From Amphiscolops sp. MND2022 (lineage: Eukaryota): a stretch of DNA of 64,000 nt. Below, piece by piece: positions 13,991-24,762 of the stretch. The notes under the pieces are model-generated. The model did no database searches and was not told the origin of the DNA. It saw only the letters and a program-made list of their open reading frames with translations. The first letter of the stretch is position 1, and each line of letters opens with the position of its first letter. Where the stretch lies: contig OZ076409.1 of NCBI GenBank assembly GCA_964187785.1, forward strand, positions 97,342,001 to 97,406,000, given 5' to 3'. Position numbers and translations under genes: made by a program.

Positions 13991-15048
13991 AAAAGAAATG
14001 TTTAACGACGGAAACTTTCTACCGTACCAGCAGTGATGCAAATTACGTAATAGCGCCGAAACAATTGAACAACTTGGTTTCCAAAATATTCGCTTTTCAT
14101 TAAGCCTTCTGGTAAATTCAAGTGAAATGATTTCATGCTTTTTATGGAAAATTTGATGGAATCACGGCTTCAAAGGTATTTTTCCCGCTTTTTCCTTTCT
14201 CCTAGCGATCCGCCCAGCAGCTGCCTCTAGACAGAGCTAAAGGAGGTGGGTCCAGAATATGTTCATGCCTCCTTAGAAATCCAGGAATAAGTTGAATTAT
14301 TCTTGTCCCTAAACGTAGGTTACTAACAGCTGAAAGACGTCTGCTTACCTTCCATTCCTTGAACTAGGATTTAAAAATTTACACAACTGAAGCCGACGAA
14401 GCTTCTAGCAAACCGTTCTTTTATTCCTTTTGATTTGCAAAAACGAAAAATAATGAGTTTTGGTGCAATTGAAGGCGAAAACAAAAGATATGGTTTTCTT
14501 TTGGAAAAAGGCCTGAACGGAGCGAAAAATCATGTTTTTTGTTATTTTTTTCTTTTATGCGAACCGCTTTTCGTTCAACTTCAAATGACCTGCTAAAATT
14601 TTGCATCATTGTTTGGTTTGAAACACCCCGCAAAATTAATGATCATACAATACAGTTCATGAGAGTTTACGCCTCGTATCTTGTCAATCAAAGCTCCTTG
14701 CGTGCTTTCGTCATACTTCAAAAACACAATTCAAACTTCAAATGGAATGATTGAAAGCTTTACTTGATAAATTTCCCTGGGAATGAATGAATAAAAATGT
14801 TTTTTTTTAAATCGTGACAAAGAATAAAATTATTTCAGTTGCCTTGCTTAACCTCGGCCATGAATTTGAACTCAGTGAGGACAAGTGTATTTTAAGTTGC
14901 TTGCAGAAGACCTAGATGAATCTGCTGAGAAGTTTCTCTTGCTGATTTCATGCATGCAAGACATTCTTTACAAACATAGCAAGTTCCAGTAGCATGTCAG
15001 GAAAAGTTTTAAGATTATAATACAGGCACTCAATTTATGTAGACACTG

Positions 15049-15456
15049 TTAATGAAACTGCACGCTGTATATGAAGGTGTTACGACTATTGTTCGGTGTT
15101 GTTTTAGGACTAGTCGCAATTTGCGTTCTGACCGGGGTGGACGTTCTTGTCACGGAGATGTTTTCTTGGTCCGAATCAGAATCCTGGACGTTTGAACTAG
15201 CTGGGCGTTTTTTACTCACAGGTCCTATTAGTTTGAGCATTTCTTTTTGATTTTCGGCGAGTATTCTCGTTAAATCAGACATAATCTCTTTCCTCAGAGT
15301 TGTTTTTATTTCTTCCAAGTTTTCAGGTTCAAGTCTAGAATTTTTACAAGAACTAGCTATCAGGTTTTCAGTAGAGTTGTTCTCAGCTAAGGAAGCTTCA
15401 AAATCTCCTGACACTAACTCAGCTACAGCTTTCCTCTTCTGGCTTCTTGTTGTCAT
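15049..15456 (-). CDS. LTR-encoded ORF (3' LTR copy of the putative Gag N-terminus), runs into flank
   Basis: MTTRSQKRK...PNNSRN is encoded within the LTR; the last ~9 residues come from flanking DNA. Confidence 0.5.
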   Translation of the reverse strand: MTTRSQKRKAVAELVSGDFEASLAENNSTENLIASSCKNSRLEPENLEEIKTTLRKEIMSDLTRILAENQKEMLKLIGPVSKKRPASSNVQDSDSDQENISVTRTSTPVRTQIATSPKTTPNNSRNTFIYSVQFH

Positions 15457-16450
15457 TTTTCAAAGTTGAGAGATCAATGGTCTTTGACAAAAATTAAATT
15501 CTTCAAAGAAATTTTGAGTTTACGCAATTATGACGAGCTACAAAGTTTTTGAAACAAATTCAAGACTAACTAAAATTACATGCACTTTCTACATATTTAT
15601 ACCTTCTCAGCATCATTTGTTCCTCACCTAAAAATTCCAAGAAATCTTAAAAATCAGGTTTGTTCAACAAAAGGCGTCAATGACTCAGATTATTTCATCC
15701 CGGCGTTATAAAATCAGGTATTGAAAATCCTAGATACGTCATCGTTCCGTTAATCTTTGTTGAAAACATTTTTGTTCAAGCATTTCCATTTCCTGTTTGA
15801 ACTTCAAAATTGCGGCAAAACAAATGTCTAGCTTTCATTTTCATCGACGAGGGCACGCCGGCATGAACAATTGGTCAATATTCAACTTAAGAAATTGAGA
15901 TTTGAAGAAAAAGGATGACACTCAAAAATAGTGACGAAAGCAGGGCGACGCTAAAAATCCAACATCGGGAGTATTTGGAAAGGAGAAACAAATGATGCTG
16001 ATAGGCATTGAAGTAGATTGATAATAGCATAATACATTATTACTTGCAGTAAACATGAACTCAACTCAACAATTGGTATGAATTACGGATACGTTCCGTG
16101 ATACAATACTGAAGCTTACAACACAGTACTAAGACTTCGAATATTTCACACATCATTGTCTGGTTACAAAAATTGCGAACTGTGTAAAAATGCATCAACG
16201 TACTATTGGCGTATTAAGATTCTGGTTGCAAAACTGCGAACTGTGTAAAAATGCAACAACGTAATATTGGCGTATTAAGATTCTGCTTACAAAACTGCGA
16301 ACTGTGTAAAAATGCATCAACGTAATATTGGCGTATTAAGATTCTGGTTACAGAACTGCATACTTCTCATAATCTTCCAATATCCTCGGCCTCTTCCGCG
16401 CCCAAGAGCAAAACACCATTCGCAACCACGACCGGGAGCGGGTCGTGACA
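15078..16450 (-). repeat. 3' LTR of element A (1373 bp)
   Basis: TGTTACGAC...GTCGTGACA; direct repeat of 24384-25748 with a few dozen substitutions and small indels. Confidence 0.95.
16159..16360. repeat. ~61-bp tandem repeat (3 full + 1 partial) in U3 of the LTR; also 25458-25659
   Basis: Unit TCTGGTTACAAAACTGCGAACTGTGTAAAAATGCATCAACGTAATATTGGCGTATTAAGAT starting at 16159, 16221, 16282 and 16343. Confidence 0.9.
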
Positions 16451-16463
16451 GGGCCCCTCTTCT
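16451..16463 (-). other. Polypurine tract of element A
   Basis: Minus strand AGAAGAGGGGCCC directly precedes the 3' LTR TG. Confidence 0.65.
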
Positions 16464-16528
16464 GGCCAGATACGTAGGTAGTCCGTGGCAATGCGGTATC
16501 TCCTTCATGATGGTTATTGCTGGTTGTC

Positions 16529-17227
16529 TCAGGAGGTTCTCGTTTGGTGAGGGCCGCGTCCTCTCCCCGCAGTCATACGAGTGATCCGCTTTTCTTCTTC
16601 TTCAAGTTCACGAATCATGTTGTCAAAGTGCTCCTTTTCTTCTTGTGTCATTACGGGCGGTCTGATAGGCTCGTTCAGATCATTTACGCTCGATCTTGCA
16701 GTCTGTGAGCAAGGGGAGATAATCCTTTTACATGGCTTAAAAGGAGGCTGGCTTGGCTTCTTTGCCACGCTATTTCCCCGTCCTAGGGACCTGAAAAAGT
16801 GATGGTCTTCTAAGTCAAGTCCGTAGAGGGCCTCTAAGTCGTCTGCGGAGGGTTCGTTTCCTCCCTGAACCACGGTAGTCCTTCGTTTCCTTTCATTACC
16901 CAGTTTAGTGAAATTTTCTTTTTCTTTACTTTGAGAGGGGAGAGTAGGAGTCTCGGGCTCTTCATAGTAGTCATCAGAGTCAACGTCTTCGGGCAGGGCA
17001 AAAGATACTCTTGTTAGCCTTTTCTTTTTCTTGGGCGTCGGTGTTTCTTTCGCTGGCGATTCTGGGATTGATTCCATTTCGGCGTCGCTCCCACGGTAAA
17101 CTTCCGTGAAAGAGTCACTGAGGTCGAGTCTTCCGACCATATTTACCGGTAGGGTCTTCAGTGGCGTGCTATATCTTGTATTTTCTTCGTCTGATGAGAT
17201 ATCTATTACTAGCGAATACCCAGCCAT
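16529..17227 (-). CDS. Element A accessory protein, 232 aa, low complexity, SIM-like and NLS-like motifs
   Basis: ATG-initiated ORF; LVIDISSDEE near the N-terminus, PKKKKR, acidic patches, RGRG. Confidence 0.65.
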   Translation of the reverse strand: MAGYSLVIDISSDEENTRYSTPLKTLPVNMVGRLDLSDSFTEVYRGSDAEMESIPESPAKETPTPKKKKRLTRVSFALPEDVDSDDYYEEPETPTLPSQSKEKENFTKLGNERKRRTTVVQGGNEPSADDLEALYGLDLEDHHFFRSLGRGNSVAKKPSQPPFKPCKRIISPCSQTARSSVNDLNEPIRPPVMTQEEKEHFDNMIRELEEEEKRITRMTAGRGRGPHQTRTS

Positions 17228-17806
17228 TTTGATTGAATTTCAGTTTTTCATCTGATTTGAAAGTGAATTCCCAAACAGTGATTTGAAGAAAGCAGGTTAG
17301 GCTTCTGTAGAAAATGGACGACAAATGAACGTTTCACCTTCTTTTCCTTCGTAATTTCCATCGAATTCCTATTGGTCGATTTTCCGTTTTTCGTCCCGGT
17401 TCGTCTCGTGTTGAAAGAAACGAATTCTTTCTTGCTGTGTTGTGATTGGTCGGAACACTTAGGAAAACTTTCTAATTTTAGTTTCCGTCTTCTTTTCGGT
17501 TAATGGCGTAATGACGTCACAGAATTTCATCGGTGAATTACGCCTGTATTCCGTAATCTGATGATTTTTTGAATTCTTCTTTAGCATTTCTTGGTGGACT
17601 TTTATTCATCTGTAGGATCTTTGGAAACGTTTTGTTCCGTCAATACCATAATAGGCTTTAAAAGGAGAAGGAAGTTGAAACATAGATAATTTCCCATCTT
17701 GTAAAGATGATGCTGTTGATCCCTTTCTTGTGTATTACATTCACCTTGCGTAGTTTTTCTCTTGATCGTTTTCTTTTGTTTTAGATTTCTTGAGTTGTTA
17801 TTCTGA
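17228..17806. promoter_or_regulatory. Putative internal bidirectional promoter
   Basis: Lies between head-to-head ORFs; ATTGG at 17371 and 17445, perfect CRE palindrome TGACGTCA at 17512-17519. Confidence 0.4.
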
Positions 17807-20800
17807 ATGGATGGTGATTCTGCTCCGCCTCCTGGTATTGGCACAGGGCTCGTCAGTGGGAACGAAACAACATTCAATTTCACCGATGATGACGTCGTCC
17901 CTTCTGATGTAGATATTTCTCGTTCTGCTTCGGGTTGGTAAAATCTTTCTGACTTCCTGGGTATTAGGACTATTGTTTTGGTGATCAGTCTTTTATAGTC
18001 TTACCCGTAACTCTGACGCGTCTGAACCAGATCTTGATTTTCAGTAACTCAACCCATTGCACTGCCCGGGCTTAGTACCAATACGAATGCTAGCCGTTCT
18101 TTGGTTCCCGCGGGACTTCCTTCCATTACCGAGGCATTTCCGGTTGTCTCTGTTAATGCTATCTTGACAACTGTTCTTGCTGGTTCCGGGCATGCTGCTT
18201 TTTTCCAGCCTGGTTCCTCTTTTTGGTTAGAGGCTCCCAACGTCAGTGCTGGTGTTTCGCAAGATGCCACAGGAGTTGATTCTCAGCTTCAAGATGCTAC
18301 TGTTGCCAATGAGCCTCGTGGAGGCGAGGCCGTTCCGGCCTCCCCAAAAGAAAGCGGGGGAGTAAATAATGATGCTGAAGCTGCGACTGTTGATGTCATG
18401 GAGCCGGGTTGTTCCCGTGAGCGGGCTGTTAAATCTTCCACTCCTCCACAGCAACGTCAAGGTGGTCATTCGCCTACCTTACAGGAGCTCATGGTTGAAG
18501 GATGGAGCAGTTAGTTGTTTCTTTTTTCTCTCTCTCTTCTTTTCCTTCATCCTTTTTCTTTCTCTTCTCTTTGTTTTGTAGAATGCTTGTATAGAGTTGT
18601 TCGATTTAGTCTTCTGCTTGGGTTTTCTCTGAGTAGCTCGGGCGTCCGTTTTGTTTCCGCCTAATTGTTTTGGTGCTTGGTATAGGTGACGAAGAAGCGG
18701 AAGAGGAGGGGGTGTTAGCTTTCCCCGGCAATACTCCGTTGAGTCCTATTGATTTGGCGCAGTTTGGTCGTCATCTGATTTCGGAGGTAGAGAATCGGGC
18801 AGTACAAAGTATCGAGACAGGTACGTTGGTATCTCGTAGTGAATGGGCGGGGGTTCTTTAGGTTTGGTTGGGGCCTTGGAGTAGTAGTATTGTGTGTCAT
18901 ATTTGTAGATGGTTTTGTTATTGTTTGCAGGTTTCACGAAATTGTCTAAGAAGATTGGAGATTGTTGTCAGCGTCGAGTGCGGACTTATGGAAATCGCAT
19001 GCATTTAAAAAGACGCATGTTGTCCTTGCACCCTGCATATTCCGACTTTGTTAGTGGCCCTAAGTGCGGGGAGCCTACGTTTTTCTTTTGTCGTGTGTGC
19101 CACCGAGATGTGCGGATGAAAGCCCAAGGATCTGGCGAGTTTAAACGTCACTTCTCATCTGATGGGCACTGGTTTCGCGATGTGCGCTACAGGGTGCATT
19201 CGGGGTTGCCCGTACACAATAGATGGTTAGAGCCTATGGAACTGACTGCTGACCAGATTGCAGAGTACAAAGCTCAACCTTTTGTGGACTTAGCAGAAGG
19301 GTTGCCTTTTCCGGAAGATTTGGTACTCAAGCATGTCCAAGTTGACTCGAAGGTCCCGTTTATGACGATGATCTCATCTGTCTGTGAGTGGCTCCGGAGT
19401 GGCGGCGACTTCACGTTGTTACGACGTTGACGGGCGTAATTCCGTGCTTCTTTGGGTGAGAGAGCGCCCGAATATCAGCTGAATTGGAGTCGGACTGAGT
19501 CGGTGGTAAGTAGGAATATTATTTATTTTGTGTGGTCTTTGGGTTTATGAGCTCTTTGTTTTTCCTCTTTGTCTCGTTTTGTTTTTTTTTCTTCGTTGGT
19601 GTGGGGGGGTCTGTAGTAGTATGATTTTGTAGTCATGGTGGTTGCGTATTGTTTCAGTCCCTACTGTGTCGTGGTCTTGCTCCTCGGGTATTGCGTCTGG
19701 TTCTCAGTGCAGTCGGAACACGCAATGAATACGCATTGTTTTATGAGAAGGACGCGGATGTTGAACGATGCTTTGTTGTGTGCTGGTTGGACAATGCTCT
19801 ACGGAAAATCTGTATTGGTCAGGATATTTTGGACCAGCCTATGCCCAAATCTGAGTTGGTTCCTTTGGCGCAGTTCGTCCACAGTGTGCAAAATGCGCGT
19901 CTTCCCCTTTGTATCAGCGGTGCCAGTCCGGTGCTGCTTCGAGTGATAGAGGACAATCGTACTGATGGGAAGCGGTTTGTTATGCATCAGCAGTTTTCCG
20001 AAGAGGTGTTCCTGCAGTGTGTGCGTCAGGCACATCAAGATGTTTTTGGAATGGTGGAGGTGACGAGTTTGGTGGACTATGTCATTTTAAGACTGAAGAG
20101 CGCTGTTTATGAGGACTGGACAGACGGCAAGGTGTTGCTTCGTAAGGCCATTCGTCAAGGTTTCGTTGCCTTCCAGGATCTTCGTGAGGTTCTGACTGAT
20201 TTGGTGGATCTGTGGCCTTCAATTCGTCTGTTCGTTCGGTGTACTGGGTTGCCTCATGTGAAGGATCAAACCGATATAGTAAGTTTGTTGCATGATTTGT
20301 TTTTGTGGGGGGTTCTTCAGGGTCGTCTTTTAGTTATCTATTACTTTCCGTCTGCTTAGTTATTGTGTGTTGTTGTTTAGTTGAGAGGGATGGATTCAAC
20401 TGTGATCTCGGACGGACTGATGCCGTATCGTTTTGGGCTGTTGCAATTGATGTTGGATACTTTCCATATTCATTTGCCGAAATTGAGACAGAGCCGCAGC
20501 GATTATGCATTCCATGGCTATGGTGAATTATGCCATTTCGTATACTGCTTGTTGATAAAGACACGCCAGTTGTCAAGTCTTCCAGATAATCACAATTGGG
20601 ATGCGTACATGGACGTGAAAAAGGTGACAAGTTTCCCTGTTGCACCTATGGATGAATTCTTGGCCCACTGTGAGTATGGGAAATCTCTTTTATCCTCAAA
20701 GGCGAGTGAAATGCTTAAGTTTCGTGGCCGCTGCAGAGAATATATCGATCGTCTCGCCTTCTTGTTAGTAGAGAGCGCCAGCACCCGTTCCGTTGTGTCG

Positions 20801-21677
20801 AAAGGTCTGTGCAGTTTTTGCCCTGAACTGATGTTAGAAGGTGACGATAAATGTGCGTTCAATTTGTTCTCTGAGCTGTGTGATGATCTGATGAGGTGTG
20901 GCGCTTTATCTCGAGAAGAATGCAATGCCGCTGTGGATGAGTATAGTGCATACGTGATTGAGAAACGCAGGCAGCATAGTCGATTGGAGCGTTCTGCGAG
21001 TTCTATGTCGGACGTTCGCCGTTATTTGCTGGATGATTTTGGGTTTCAGTCACGACGACATGTACTGCGTGTCTTCAAGTTATGTTGCCTGCTCGTTGGT
21101 GAGCCCAATCGTGTTAGTCCTCCATTTACTCTTGATCTGGCAGGTTGTAAACAGGCTGAAGGGAGTGTCCTTTTGTGCTGCAGAGTTGTTCAATCGTATG
21201 TTCTGAGTGACGGTTATTCTCCGCAGTCATTGTTTACTGAGTCGACAATGGGCCTAATTCGAGATGCTGTTTCTGATGCTGGGCTCTTCTATATTGGCTC
21301 TGATTTTTATGTGTGGAAAGATCTGTGTGATTCTGGCGTGGACTCATTTATTGCAGCTTTTTGCGAGCTGTATAAGGAATTTTTAGCAAAGCGACGAGAA
21401 TCCAGCTATGAGCATTATACCGAGTGTAATCGGGTCAATCGTTTGTCTCGTGCAGAGCAGGGGTCTCGTAGGTAGCAGTTCCGTTGTGCAGAGTAGTTCT
21501 GGTTCTGCTAGTGGAAAAGGGAAAAGTGGTGGAAATAAAGTTGGTGGAAAGAGCACTGATGTGAAGCAAGTCGGGAAAACGAAAAAAGCTAATGTTCAAG
21601 CTGGTGGTAATAAGACGACTCCGAAGAAGAAGTCGAAGAAAGATACTGATCCTCCCGTATTTCATCATATCAAGTAA
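17807..21677 (+). pseudogene. Six-exon antisense gene inside element A; BED-like zinc-finger protein of ~1000-1070 aa, disabled in this copy
   Basis: Exons 17807-17933, 18045-18509, 18686-18820, 18931-19505, 19658-20278 and 20381-21475(+). Five GT-AG introns (phases 1,1,1,0,0) join the ORF-track frames. FFFCRVCHRDV...FKRHFSSDGH motif. In-frame stops at 19428 and 19437, and a probable frameshift near 21465 into the K-rich tail ending at 21677. Confidence 0.8.
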
Positions 21678-21824
21678 CTTGTGTTGTGACAATTTTGTAG
21701 ACTTTTGTTATGTTTCGATGATTCTGAAGGAACTATAATTTTTGCTTTGTTGATGTTCCTTTTAGTTTAGATGATAATTTTACGTAGCTACCCCGGTTCG
21801 GTTTAGCCTGTTGATTGTTTTCAT

Positions 21825-24372
21825 TTAGTTTTGAGTTTGACTCAGATGTTCCGTAGTAGCTGAATCTAGCATTCTGAAGTCAGGATCCACGTTGGGTCTC
21901 GAATTAGGTCTCAAATTGTATCGGCCCACTTTTCTAGGATTATATCCAACGACTATAGGTGGTAGTTTGGGCGTTTTGGGAGGGCTTTCTATAGGCGGCA
22001 GTGTTAAAATATAGGGGTTGTCGCTGAGGTCCAAGTTAAATGACGTTATATTGTCGGAGGGTGTTTTATCTCCTTCGACGGTTTCATTTGTGGCTGTTTG
22101 AAGCACATCGTTTTCCGTTACAATCTCGCTTGTGGTTGTTTGAACCACGTCATTTTGCGTTGTGGTTTCGTCATTTCCGGTTGTGTTTATGATCTCTGTA
22201 ACTGTAGTTTCTTCTTTGGCGTTTTAAGTTGTATTTCCGAACAGAACTTCTCCGAATTCGGTTTCCCAAGCTTGCGCGTACCAATCATTGTGGGTTGTTT
22301 TAACCTCTGGGTCTGGAAGGTAATCTTCCCTTCTGACTGTTACGTCAGGTACTCGCTGATTGGGCGCATATAGCCTTAGGCAAATTCTATGGAGGGTTTG
22401 CGTGTAACGAGTTCCCGTGCAGCGTACGACATAAATGTTATTCGAGAGGACTTTGACGACTATGTAAGAACCAGTCCAAATGCAATCTTTGAAAGCGAAT
22501 TTCATTGATTGATTATCGGCTTTTGGATTAAGAACGTAGCAGTAGTCGTTGACTTTAAGCGGCGTGGCTGTCGCTTTCTTGTCGTAGTATTGTTTGCACT
22601 TGATGTAGGATTGCATCAGGTTGTCTTTGGCAGCCTGGTGTATTTCAGTTATTTGTTTTTGTAATTCGTCCGTTAATTCTTCGTTGTTGTCTCTTTTCCA
22701 TTCTGGTTTCAGTCCAAGTTTGATGTCTAGGATGTTGTACGGGATGCGTCCGTGAAACACTGTTGTAGGTTCGCAGCCTAGGCTTTCATGGTAGCTTGTA
22801 TTGTAACTCATTACTGCAATCTGGACGTATTTGTGCCACATTGAGCGTCGTTCTCCAGTTGATATTTTTAGGGAGGTTTTCAAAGAGACATGAGTCCTTT
22901 CTAGGATGCCAATCGTTTGAGCGCGTTTCGTCGATGCGTGGCTTATCCGTATATCCAGTGTTTGTGCTATTCGGTTGACTACTTCTGACCTGATTTGTGA
23001 TCCTTTATCCATTAGAATGACGGTCTGTAGGTAGCAGTGTCGTGTCATGACGTCTAATATGCATCGTGCGACTGTTTTTGCTGTCATGTTCTGGGTCGGG
23101 TATGCGAAAAGGTAACGGGAGAAGACGTCTATCATCGTGACGATGTGCTGGTATCCATTGGAGGATGGTAGATTTGGTAGTATATCTACTTTTAGGCAAT
23201 CTTCTGGTCCCAATGTGAATTCAGTGTTGCTCAGCATTTTGGGACGTATCTGTCGCGTGTCGATTCTTTTGTTGGCAATGCAATCTGGACAGCTGGTAAC
23301 CCAGGCGCGAATTTTTCGTGCAAGCCCCGGGAAATAGTAATTGGCTCTGCATTCTTGTATCATCTTTGCTATTCCTGGATGCTTATTTGTTTTTCCGTGT
23401 AGTGTTGATAGGAGCTCTGATACAAGATGTTTTGGGATGATGACTTGATTGTGCGTGACTGATCCGTCTTCACCATAGTATTTTCGCATTAAGATTCCAT
23501 CTTTCATGATGATTCTTTCTTCATGACGTAGTAGGTGGCGTCCTCGTGGTTCAGTCTTTAACAGGTGTTTGTCGTAATCTTCATGCGATACTCGCTGTTT
23601 TAACGCCTTTAGTAGGGGATCTGCGTCTTGTTCGTTTCTGATGCGTGCGTTTTCTTTGATTGCTCCGAACGCATAGACCGCGGAGTTGAGAGGTATTTTA
23701 ATGACTTCTGTGACTTTGGTGGATAAGTCTTTTTCATGTTCATCGTTAGCACGTTGTTTGCTAAGAGCTTTCTTGGCCAAGATTTCTTGTTCTGATTCTT
23801 CCTCTTCGTCTGGGAGAAAAAAAGTTGTTCTTCATCAGCGACATCTGATGACTGTAGGTTTACTTCTATCGGTGACGTTAGTATGTCGTCCCGTAGTTTC
23901 AGTTGTACTTTCTCCTTGGGTGTGAGATCAAAACTTGAGAGAAAATCTGCTGCTGTGCTCTGTGATCCTGCTACGTGCTTGATGCGGAAATTAAAATGGA
24001 GTACGTAGTCACAGGCGTTCCAAAGTGCGAGTGGGGTGGTTTTCGTTTGGAAAAATCGTGTGACCAATCGGTTGTCGGTCAAGACTAGTGTCGGTATTGT
24101 TGTTTCCCATAGGAAATGGCTGTATTCGAGAAACGCATGGTTTATGGCTAGGAATTCTTTACAGTAAATTGACATCTTCAGTTGGGCAGGTGAGAAAACG
24201 CGGGATCCGAACGCAACTGGAGCGAAAGTTTTCTTTTTGAAGAGTATTTGTTTGTCATCATTTTTTTCTATCATTAGAGCATAGCCAGATGCACGGAAAC
24301 TTGCGTCTGTCATGAGGACATATTGTTTTCCTGCTATGGGTTGTCGGAGCGCGAGACCACATGCTTCTGCTA
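21825..24372 (-). pseudogene. pol: pol remnant: RNase H + integrase + C-terminal tail, frameshifted
   Basis: RNase H motifs MTDAS, EFLAI, LTDNR, ADFLS (23609-24313). Integrase H..HPG..C..C zinc finger and VDILP / MDKGSQ / ILERTH core (22224-23780). Tail with RYNLRPN (21825-22148). Confidence 0.92.
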
Positions 24373-24762
24373 GGCTGTCACCATGTTACGACTCTTGTTC
24401 GGTGTTGTTTTAGGACTAGTCGCAGTTTGCGTTTTGACCGGGGTGGACGTTCTTGCCACGGAGATGTTTTTTTGGTCCGAATCAGAATCCTGGACGTTTG
24501 AACTAGCTGGGCGTTTTTTAATCACAGGTGCTATTAGTTTGAGCATTTCTTTTTGATTTTCGGCGAGTTTTCTCGTTAAATCAGACATAATCTCTTTCCT
24601 CAGAGTTGTTCTTATTTTTTCCAAGTTTTCAGGTTCAAGTATAGGATTTTTACTAGAACTAGCTATCAGGTTTTCAGTAGAGTTGTTCTCAGCTAAGGAA
24701 GCTTCAAAATCTCCTGACACTAACTCAGCTACAGATTTCCTCATCTGGCTTCTTGTTGTCAT
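24370..24762 (-). CDS. LTR-initiated ORF reading through the PBS (putative Gag N-terminus, truncated by the internal deletion)
   Basis: 126 codons lie inside the LTR, then M-V-T across the PBS; frame preserved in both LTRs. Confidence 0.6.
   Translation of the reverse strand: MTTRSQMRKSVAELVSGDFEASLAENNSTENLIASSSKNPILEPENLEKIRTTLRKEIMSDLTRKLAENQKEMLKLIAPVIKKRPASSNVQDSDSDQKNISVARTSTPVKTQTATSPKTTPNKSRNMVTA
24372..24383 (-). other. Primer-binding site of element A
   Basis: TGGTGACAG immediately after the 5' LTR terminal CA; cognate tRNA not assigned. Confidence 0.75.
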
